Positions 17,562-24,999 of a stretch of DNA of 32,000 nucleotides are shown here, piece after piece. The notes under the pieces are model-generated. The model had not been told where the DNA came from. It made no database searches and was given only the letters and a program-made list of their open reading frames with translations. The DNA lies in NCBI RefSeq assembly GCF_009557235.1, contig NZ_CP045650.1:1560001-1592000 (forward strand). The letters run 5' to 3'. A program made the translations under genes and the position numbers. Every line of letters starts with the position of its first letter. Within the stretch, counting starts at the first letter, position 1. Origin of the DNA: Acinetobacter wanghuae (GTDB lineage: Bacteria; Pseudomonadota; Gammaproteobacteria; Pseudomonadales; Moraxellaceae).

Positions 17562-18341
17562 CTAACAACTGAGTACTTGAACGATGGAATGCATCGATTC
17601 CACACCGCCCTTGTCTCTCACACCGCGTACGGGTGCAACATCCCAATAATCACGACCAATCGCCACATAGACATGTACAGACGGCGTAAACAATTGATTA
17701 CTGACATCAAAACAATACCATGCTTGGTCTATAAATACCTCAGCCCATGCATGACTTGCAAGATGCGATACATTTTGTGCATATAAATATCCAGAGACAT
17801 AACGCGCAGGCAAGCCTAAATATTTACACATCGCAATAAAGATATGACTGTGATCCTGACAGACACCCTGCCTTGACTGAAATGCATCAATCGCTGAACT
17901 CTGCACAGAACTGCTATTCGATATATAAGGAACATGAACCAAAATTGCAGCAGCCAATCCAATCAAGGATTGTCGATTTAACGTTTTTACATGATGGTCA
18001 GCAAAGGCTTTCATCTCGCTATTACATGCTGTGGTGGGTGTCGGCTGTAAAAACAACATCGGATGCAGATTGTCTTGCATGCCGACATCTAAGTCTGTAT
18101 TTAATTCAATAATACCCTGCGCCATGATGGTCAAATGCTGATAAGGCTGACGCTGAGTACTGGTCATCCATGTATTTCCAAAGGCATCTTTCATCATCTG
18201 TTTTTGACCGGGAACACTCACATGCCAATGCTCGACACGCTGATGCTGATTTTGCATTGGTGTCATTTTGATGTACTGAATACTGCTTAAAACGTCCATG
18301 CTATAGCTGTAATGGGTTTGATGATTCACCATCAATTTCAT
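17562..18341 (-). CDS. Transglutaminase-like cysteine protease-fold protein (Bact_transglu_N plus transglutaminase core)
   Basis: 259-aa product with the typical N-terminus MKLMVNHQTHYSYS. Cys/His/Asp candidates sit in GVCQDHSH, SHAWAEV and CFDVS. The start overlaps the alpha-E stop (ATGA). Confidence 0.85.
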   Translation of the reverse strand: MKLMVNHQTHYSYSMDVLSSIQYIKMTPMQNQHQRVEHWHVSVPGQKQMMKDAFGNTWMTSTQRQPYQHLTIMAQGIIELNTDLDVGMQDNLHPMLFLQPTPTTACNSEMKAFADHHVKTLNRQSLIGLAAAILVHVPYISNSSSVQSSAIDAFQSRQGVCQDHSHIFIAMCKYLGLPARYVSGYLYAQNVSHLASHAWAEVFIDQAWYCFDVSNQLFTPSVHVYVAIGRDYWDVAPVRGVRDKGGVESMHSIVQVLSC

Positions 18342-18940
18342 ACTTCAGCCTCAAACATATGATGAATGTAGTCACTAAATTGATAAAAATGCATTAAATC
18401 GGGAGCGGCACGAAGTTTCTGCCAATATTCTTGTAGATTTGACCAACCCATCCCGACTAAGGTATCGACTACATCATCAATTTTAGCCACAGTCACATGC
18501 GATGCTTCATTAAAGCGAAGAGCATGATCGAGTTGCTCTAAACACTGACCTAAACTAAAGAACAAAAATAAATCTGCGGATTCAGCTTCCAATACATCTT
18601 GACAGTCATTCACCACATCACAGATATAACCGGTATTTTGATCGGCATTTCGAATCAGTTGAATAAGTTCTGCATAAGCAGATGCAGATAAAACACCACG
18701 TAGCTCATGAATATTGGCTTTTGCTGTTTGGAATTGTTGCGTAAATGACGCAGGTTGCGTGGTATCTAATACCAAGGCATTTAATGAACTTGCATCAAAT
18801 GCGGGTAAACAAAAGGCATGCGCATAAGCAATAGCATCTTCATCTTTAGCAAAAGGAAAATGAGCACATAAAAACTGTGTACGTGCCAAATAACGACCTA
18901 ACCAAAAAATATGCTGTGCATTAGAGTTTAATAAAACCAT
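18338..18940 (-). CDS. Alpha-E domain protein (DUF403), short variant
   Basis: 200-aa product whose N-terminus (NAQHIFWLGRYLARTQ) matches the characteristic alpha-E start (aeslyWlGRYlERae). AAGGA lies 7 nt upstream of the ATG. It sits between the ATP-grasp and transglutaminase genes. Confidence 0.75.
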   Translation of the reverse strand: MVLLNSNAQHIFWLGRYLARTQFLCAHFPFAKDEDAIAYAHAFCLPAFDASSLNALVLDTTQPASFTQQFQTAKANIHELRGVLSASAYAELIQLIRNADQNTGYICDVVNDCQDVLEAESADLFLFFSLGQCLEQLDHALRFNEASHVTVAKIDDVVDTLVGMGWSNLQEYWQKLRAAPDLMHFYQFSDYIHHMFEAEV

Positions 18941-18961
18941 AACAGAGTCCTTTTGGTATTT

Positions 18962-20515
18962 TTATGAATGTAAATTATCGATGATCCATGTGTCTTTGAT
19001 GCCACCACCTTGGGACGAGTTGACCACTAATGAACCTGCCTGCATCGCCACACGAGTCAGACCACCCGGTACAATCTCGGTACGATACGGTGAACTCAGC
19101 ACAAAGGGACGCAAATCAATATGACGTTCTGCTACACCATGTGCACTGATGGTTGGGCAAACTGAAAGCTCCAAGGTTGGCTGTGCAATATAGAGCTCTG
19201 GAGAAGCAATGATTTTCTCTCTAAAGGCTTCAATTTGCTGTGCGGAGGCTTGCGGACCGATCAACATACCGTAACCCCCTGAGCCTTGCGCCTCTTTCAC
19301 CACAAGCTGTCCAAGATGATCTAAGACATATTCCAAATCTTGGGCTTCTCGGCACTGGTAAGTCGGCACATTTTTTAAAATGGCTTTTTCACCTAAGTAG
19401 AATTCAATCATTTTATCCACGTAAGGATAAATCGATTTGTCATCAGCGACACCTGTACCGGGTGCATTGGCAATGACCACGTTGTGTTGCAGATATACTG
19501 ACATTAAGCCTGGCACACCTAAGGTACTGTCAGGCTTAAAGCATAATGGATCAAGATAAGCATCATCGACACGTCTATAAATAACATCAACTTGTTGGCG
19601 ACCGCGTATGGTTTTTACATAAACTCGAGAATTTTCAACAAATAAATCACGTGATGTTACCAAAGGTACATCCATCTCTTTGGCAAGAAACGCATGTTCA
19701 TAGTAAGCACTATTAAAACGACCCGGCGTCAATACGACAATAAATGGCTTATCGACATACGCATTTTCAGTCAAAATCTCTTTGAGTAATTGTGGATATT
19801 GTTCAATGCCAGAAATATGTGTTTGCTCAAATAATTTTGGCATTAATTTTTGGCTAATTTTGCGGCTTTCAAGCATATAAGATACACCCGACGGTGTCCT
19901 TAAATTATCCTCAAGCACATAGCACTCACCTTTGGCATCGCGAATAATATCGATCCCGCTGATTTGGCTATAAATGCTGCCCTTTAAGCTATGCTGATAC
20001 ATATGGGGTTGATACGCTTCATGCGTCAGCACTTGCAGTTCAGGCACAATATTGGCTTTTAAAATGTCTTGTGAATGATAAATATCATGTAAGAATAAAT
20101 TGAGTGCGCGCACACGTTGTGAACACCCCAAAGCAATAGTATCCCACTGCTTACGTGCCATAACACGTGGAATCACATCAAAAGGAATCGTTCGCTCAGT
20201 GCCTTCCTCATCACCATAAACCGTAAAGGTAATACCTTCATATAAGAAATGATCTTTTGCTGCCTGATTCAGCGCCTTTAATTCCTCTAAAGTATGCTGT
20301 GACAACCATTCTTCTATTTTCTGCCCTGCCTGACCGAGCATCGCTTGATCATCACGCATTTCATTAAAAAATAAAGATGAAAACTGCTGAAACAAGACAT
20401 GTGACTTTTTCGTGGTCGAATGAACACGATCCGTTGAATCCGTAAAATGATGTTCAGTTTTATTAAAGTTATCAATCGTTGGCGTGATATTTGTATCCAG
20501 GTTCTCTTTAAGCAT
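18962..20515 (-). CDS. Circularly permuted type-2 ATP-grasp amidoligase (DUF404/DUF407, COG2308-like)
   Basis: The start was trimmed to the ATG at 20515, with GAGG 5 nt upstream. Conserved blocks are GITFTVYGDEEGTERTIPFDVIPRV, RVRALNLFLHDIY, VLEDNLRTPSGVSYMLE and GVADDKSIYPYV. Confidence 0.85.
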   Translation of the reverse strand: MLKENLDTNITPTIDNFNKTEHHFTDSTDRVHSTTKKSHVLFQQFSSLFFNEMRDDQAMLGQAGQKIEEWLSQHTLEELKALNQAAKDHFLYEGITFTVYGDEEGTERTIPFDVIPRVMARKQWDTIALGCSQRVRALNLFLHDIYHSQDILKANIVPELQVLTHEAYQPHMYQHSLKGSIYSQISGIDIIRDAKGECYVLEDNLRTPSGVSYMLESRKISQKLMPKLFEQTHISGIEQYPQLLKEILTENAYVDKPFIVVLTPGRFNSAYYEHAFLAKEMDVPLVTSRDLFVENSRVYVKTIRGRQQVDVIYRRVDDAYLDPLCFKPDSTLGVPGLMSVYLQHNVVIANAPGTGVADDKSIYPYVDKMIEFYLGEKAILKNVPTYQCREAQDLEYVLDHLGQLVVKEAQGSGGYGMLIGPQASAQQIEAFREKIIASPELYIAQPTLELSVCPTISAHGVAERHIDLRPFVLSSPYRTEIVPGGLTRVAMQAGSLVVNSSQGGGIKDTWIIDNLHS

Positions 20516-20746
20516 ACAAACCTCAGTTGTTATAAATTTGTGTTTTAAGTACAGCAATATTTGTGCCACCTAAAACAAGCACCTCACTCTATTAGGCAGT
20601 GCCCTTGTCTACAACTCAATGTAGTTTTTGCTTCAACATGTATCAAAATATAGCAATGTGACCGCAATAAACCTTGCTAAAGCACTGAAGTTTTTTTATT
20701 GTGGTGAACATTGATGTTTCACTTCCTTCATTGTTAGCTTTAAATT

Positions 20747-21745
20747 ATGTCATCACAAGAAAAAGAAACCTCCAACAGCCTGTATCGCCAATGGCAAATT
20801 TTGTCTCGTTTAAGTACGGGCAAATGGATGGGTACACGTGAATTACAAGAAATTTTGGTTCGTGAAGGCGTGGATATTAGTTTGCGTACCATCCAACGTG
20901 ATTTAAATCAAATCGCGCAGCGTTTTCCTATTGAAAGCAGTAAGACTACTCCACAAGGTTGGCGTTGGCGTTCTGATGCACCCATTCAAAGCTTGCCGCA
21001 TATGACCAGTTCTCAAGCGGTGACCTTTATGATGGTGGAAGAACATCTTAAGCATTTATTACCACCTAGTCTGATTGATGAAATGAACCCGTGGTTCGAT
21101 TTAGCACGACGTAGCCTATCGACCCAAAATAATGTGCGTCAATGGATCAATCGCGTGCGTATTGTACCTGCCAATCAACCTTTGATTCCTCCGGTGGTGG
21201 AACGTGCTGCTCAGCAAGCAATTTATGAAGGCTTATTACAAGACAAACAACTTGAATGTATTTATCAAGGTCGCGGACAACATAGTGAAGAGAAAACCTA
21301 TATTCTAAACCCTTTGGCTTTAGTCCAAAAAGGATCGATTATTTATTTGGTATGCACGCGTCACGATCGTTCAGATATCCAAACCTTTGCCTTACACCGC
21401 TTTAAATCCGCCACAGTGTTAAATACACGCGCATTGCATCCGGTGAATTTTGATATTGATGAATATATTGATTCAGGTGCTTTGGGCTTCCGTGTCGACT
21501 TCAATCAGCCTACTGAAAATATCACCTTAAAATTACATATGAGTGAAGCCGATGCTCACTATTTTGAGGAAAGCCAACTGAGTCTTGATCAATCTATTGA
21601 GAAATTAGAGGATGGTATGGCACTCATTACCGCAACTGTACCCTATACCTCTCAACTCATTTGGTGGCTCAGAAGCTTTGGTAAAAAAATTCGACACATT
21701 GAACCTGAACAAGTTGCAAATATGGTGAATCAAGTCGATGAATAA
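20747..21745 (+). CDS. HTH-WYL-WCX transcriptional regulator (YafY/PafBC/CapW-like architecture)
   Basis: 332-aa product. It has an N-terminal winged HTH (LYRQWQILSRL...TRELQEIL...SLRTIQRDLNQI). A central WYL-like beta-rich block follows (YILNPLALVQKGSIIYLVCTRHDRSDIQTFALHRFKSATVL), then a C-terminal extension. It is divergent from the ATP-grasp operon. Confidence 0.8.
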   Translation: MSSQEKETSNSLYRQWQILSRLSTGKWMGTRELQEILVREGVDISLRTIQRDLNQIAQRFPIESSKTTPQGWRWRSDAPIQSLPHMTSSQAVTFMMVEEHLKHLLPPSLIDEMNPWFDLARRSLSTQNNVRQWINRVRIVPANQPLIPPVVERAAQQAIYEGLLQDKQLECIYQGRGQHSEEKTYILNPLALVQKGSIIYLVCTRHDRSDIQTFALHRFKSATVLNTRALHPVNFDIDEYIDSGALGFRVDFNQPTENITLKLHMSEADAHYFEESQLSLDQSIEKLEDGMALITATVPYTSQLIWWLRSFGKKIRHIEPEQVANMVNQVDE

Positions 21746-21748
21746 ATT

Positions 21749-21772
21749 AAAAAAAGTCCCATAAAGGGACTG
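21749..21772 (-). terminator. Short hairpin whose T-tract lies on the minus strand. It may terminate a minus-strand transcript and weakly stop the WYL gene.
   Basis: The minus strand reads AGTCCC-TTTAT-GGGACT-TTTTTT. On the plus strand the hairpin is followed by GATAATTTG only. Confidence 0.4.
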
Positions 21773-21823
21773 ATAATTTGTGATTATATTTTTGTAATAA
21801 GACTGTCTAATCGGTGAAAATTT

Positions 21824-21876
21824 ACAGCATATTTTAATGTTATGCATTTAAGATTTGCAGCTTTAAAATATGCTGT
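21824..21876. repeat. Perfect 14-bp inverted repeat with a 25-nt spacer
   Basis: ACAGCATATTTTAA (21824-21837) and TTAAAATATGCTGT (21863-21876) are exact reverse complements. Confidence 0.9.
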
Positions 21877-21905
21877 CCGTTGCTGAGCCATGAACATGCG
21901 CAAAC

Positions 21906-21956
21906 TCACGAACATGCTAAGTCTGCGCGATTAAAACGAATGGATCTCATGGTCAT
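21906..21956 (-). CDS. Candidate 16-codon small ORF (MTMRSIRFNRADLACS)
   Basis: AAGGAG (21965-21970) lies 8 nt upstream of the ATG at 21956. A promoter-like TTCACA-17 nt-TAGATT lies at 22017-21989. The 14-bp inverted-repeat hairpin and a hairpin plus T-tract lie downstream on the same strand. There is no homology evidence. Confidence 0.2.
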   Translation of the reverse strand: MTMRSIRFNRADLACS

Positions 21957-22219
21957 CTATTCAACTCCTTTGCTGTGGGAACCTGTTTAATCTAATCCAA
22001 TGTGAAACAGCTGTGAAATAACAACAATGCATGTGTTTTGCTGAAATGATGTTTAAGAAAATTTTGGCTATGTTTAGATTATTCGAATATAAAACAATCC
22101 AATAATTATTTAAGTCACAACTCAAGTTAACGACGAACAACAATTTTTTACTTGTATCAAAGTCTTAGCCGATGCACATTGAACAGAATGATCAATAAAA
22201 AATCGGATTTAACTTTACA

Positions 22220-23890
22220 ATGGCAAACCCAGCTCAGCTTACACGGCATAAATTACTTAACACATTCTTCTCTCGGCATTCCGTTTGGTTTGCCTGCATT
22301 TTTATTGCTTTGCTTTTTACTTTATTTCACGTCGGCTATTCGCCACGTTATATCTACCATTTTCTGCCTGAAACCTTAGTCAATTCACTGTGGATTATTA
22401 CGGGTATATTAAGTCTTGTTGGTCTATATGATGTTCTACAAAATAAACATTCAATTTTAAAGAACTACCCAATTATGGGACATTTTCGCTATATTTTTGA
22501 AGAGTTTAGACCCGAAATTCGTCAGTATTTCATTGAATCAGATCAGGATGCCTTACCTTTTTCGCGTATGCAGCGTAGCCTCGTTTACCAACGTGCCAAA
22601 AATGAAAATGCCGATAAGCCCTTTGGTTCGATTATTGATGTTTACCAACATGACTATAAATTTGTAAGTCATTCTATTACCCCTGCAAAACCTGCCAATA
22701 TTGATACCTTTCGGATTCAAATTGGTAATGATCAATGTCGCCAACCTTACAGTTCATCCATTTTAAATATCTCTGCCATGAGCTTCGGGAGTTTAAGTGC
22801 GAATGCGATTCGCGCCTTGAATTTAGGCGCAAAAATGGGCGGTTTTTATCATGATACGGGTGAAGGTAGTATCAGTCCGTATCATTTAGAAAATGGTGGG
22901 GATATCGTCTGGGAACTTGGCAGCGGTTATTTTGGTTGCCGTACGCTTGATGGACAGTTTGATCCCGTTAAATTTGCAGAACAAGCCGCATTACCGCAAG
23001 TAAAAATGATTGAACTAAAAATGTCTCAAGGTGCTAAACCCGGACATGGTGGAATTTTACCTAAAGACAAAATATCGGAAGAAATTTCACAAATTCGTGG
23101 TGTCAGCCGAGAGGAAGACTGTATTTCACCCTCAAGTCATCCAGCATTTAATACCCCATTAGAAATGATGCATTTTATTCAGCAGCTACGTGAACTCTCA
23201 AATGGTAAACCCGTCGGCTTTAAATTATGTCTGGGGCAACCGTGGCAATTTATGAGTATTGTCAAAGCAATGCTTGAAACCAACATTGTGCCCGATTTTA
23301 TTGTAGTGGATGGCTCTGAAGGGGGTACAGGTGCAGCGCCCATTGAACTGATTGATTTTGTAGGCACGCCGCTTCGTGAAGGTTTGCTCTTTGTGCATAA
23401 TACCCTTATTGGTGCAGGTTTACGCGATCAGATCAAACTTGGTGCAAGTGGTAAAATTATTAGTGCATTCGATATTGCCAGTACGCTTGCGATTGGTGCG
23501 GACTGGGTCAATTCTGCACGTGGCTTTATGTTTGCTGTCGGCTGTATTCAAGCGCAAAGCTGTCATACCAACCAATGCCCTGTGGGTCTCGCGACCCAAG
23601 ATGTTGATCGCCAAAAAGCGGTTCATGTTCCAACCAAGGCTGAACGCGTGTTTAACTTCCATAAAAATACCTTAGGTGCGCTGTCTGAGTTGATCGCTGC
23701 CGCGGGGGTTGAACACCCTTCACAAATTAAAGCGCATCATTTGGCACAGCGAATTAACAGCCATGAAATTAAAAATTATGCACAGTTACACTTCTGGTTA
23801 AAGGATAAAGAATTATTGAATTGTGAAAATATTGATGAAGATAATTTTTATTATCGAATGTGGAGCTTAGCCCAAGCCGATAAATTCTAA
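22220..23890 (+). CDS. Membrane-anchored FMN-binding glutamate synthase family protein (GltB FMN-domain homologue, COG0069-like)
   Basis: 556-aa product with two N-terminal hydrophobic helices. Conserved blocks are ISAMSFGSLSANAIRALN, IELKMSQGAKPGHGGILP and VVDGSEGGTGAAP. Confidence 0.85.
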   Translation: MANPAQLTRHKLLNTFFSRHSVWFACIFIALLFTLFHVGYSPRYIYHFLPETLVNSLWIITGILSLVGLYDVLQNKHSILKNYPIMGHFRYIFEEFRPEIRQYFIESDQDALPFSRMQRSLVYQRAKNENADKPFGSIIDVYQHDYKFVSHSITPAKPANIDTFRIQIGNDQCRQPYSSSILNISAMSFGSLSANAIRALNLGAKMGGFYHDTGEGSISPYHLENGGDIVWELGSGYFGCRTLDGQFDPVKFAEQAALPQVKMIELKMSQGAKPGHGGILPKDKISEEISQIRGVSREEDCISPSSHPAFNTPLEMMHFIQQLRELSNGKPVGFKLCLGQPWQFMSIVKAMLETNIVPDFIVVDGSEGGTGAAPIELIDFVGTPLREGLLFVHNTLIGAGLRDQIKLGASGKIISAFDIASTLAIGADWVNSARGFMFAVGCIQAQSCHTNQCPVGLATQDVDRQKAVHVPTKAERVFNFHKNTLGALSELIAAAGVEHPSQIKAHHLAQRINSHEIKNYAQLHFWLKDKELLNCENIDEDNFYYRMWSLAQADKF

Positions 23891-23906
23891 TTCAATATAA
23901 GCATAT

Positions 23907-23938
23907 AAAAAAAGCGAAGGTTATCCTTCGCTTTTTTT
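23907..23938. terminator. Bidirectional Rho-independent terminator
   Basis: AAAAAAAGCGAAGG-TTAT-CCTTCGCTTTTTTT lies between convergent genes. Confidence 0.85.
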
Positions 23939-23955
23939 ACATCAATGACATTACA

Positions 23956-24999
23956 TTAGTAATAAACTTTTGACCCATGCGCATGTAGAAATGCAGGAAT
24001 CAGTCCTGTCAATGCAGCACGAATATCTGAACGCTCGTTAATGAGTTGATGTGACCCTTCCTCTAACATCAATAACGTCTGTAAGCGAAATTTACGTCGA
24101 ATAAATTCAATGTTATAACGCCAGTCTACGGTTTGATCCTGTGCACCTTGTGCTAACCATACTGGAATTCGGCATGCGGGGCGCGCTTCCATTTCCTGCA
24201 TCCATTTCGACATGGCTAAAATCCAATCCATACCCATCATACGGGGTTGCAGTGGATCCTTCAGGCGGACAAAGCGTAAAAACTCAGGATTATGATTATT
24301 GCGACGGAAATGACGCGGCACTTCACGCTTAATACGGCGAATAATGCCCAAACCGACCGAGTTATGCCACCATGCAGTTTTTGCTGGGCGAATCAGTGGC
24401 GATAACAGAAGTACGCGATCAACAAAGGGATTTTCACGTCGTTCAGCAAATTCAAGTAAATGATGCATCCAAATCGCACCACCAGTACTTTGCCCAATCC
24501 CGAGCCAAGGCTTAGGTAACTGTGTCGCCTGCCGTACATAGCGATGTACCGCATGCAAAACTTGCTGATAATGATCAAAGTTTTGAATACTGGCAGGTGA
24601 ACCATCACTTAAACCATGTCCCGGCAAATCAAAGGTTAGTACACTAAAACCTTGATCAATTAACTCTTGCACAATCGGCTGATAAATCCCGCTATGCTCT
24701 AAGTAGCCATGCAGTAAAAATACCGTGCCTTTTACTTTCTCAAAGGGCAGTTTTTCAAGCAATGGCTCAAAGACTTGTACATGAATCTTAAACAAAGGCA
24801 TTTGGACAAAGCCTTGCCAATGTTTGCAATTTAATCCCTCAAAACCATATAACTTACGATAAGCTTGCAGTTCAACTGAAGGTGCATCTAAACGGTTTAA
24901 ATTTAAGGCTTGTAACACTTGTGGTGTAACATCACGACTTGGAACAGGCAGGTCGAGCTGTTTGAGAATGGTCGGATTTAAAAATGGAATATCTGACAT
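23956..24999 (-). CDS. Alpha/beta hydrolase (lysophospholipase / monoacylglycerol-lipase-like)
   Basis: The start was trimmed to the ATG at 24999, which overlaps the upstream stop (TAATG). It has HGYLEHSGIY, LPGHGLSDG and the nucleophile elbow GQSTGG. Confidence 0.8.
   Translation of the reverse strand: MSDIPFLNPTILKQLDLPVPSRDVTPQVLQALNLNRLDAPSVELQAYRKLYGFEGLNCKHWQGFVQMPLFKIHVQVFEPLLEKLPFEKVKGTVFLLHGYLEHSGIYQPIVQELIDQGFSVLTFDLPGHGLSDGSPASIQNFDHYQQVLHAVHRYVRQATQLPKPWLGIGQSTGGAIWMHHLLEFAERRENPFVDRVLLLSPLIRPAKTAWWHNSVGLGIIRRIKREVPRHFRRNNHNPEFLRFVRLKDPLQPRMMGMDWILAMSKWMQEMEARPACRIPVWLAQGAQDQTVDWRYNIEFIRRKFRLQTLLMLEEGSHQLINERSDIRAALTGLIPAFLHAHGSKVYY

Noticed and set aside
21841-21975. A 43-codon minus-strand ORF (MFVSLRMFMAQQRTAYFK...) that overlaps the end of the 16-codon ORF and runs through the inverted repeat.
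   Set aside because: It has no SD upstream of its ATG and runs through the hairpin arms, and its composition is unremarkable. The short SD-preceded ORF is the better candidate, though still a weak one.
22152-22379. A 75-aa plus-strand ORF overlapping the start of the GltB-like gene.
   Set aside because: It is out of frame with, and largely inside, the 556-aa gene, which has clear family motifs. It also has a non-ATG start and no SD.
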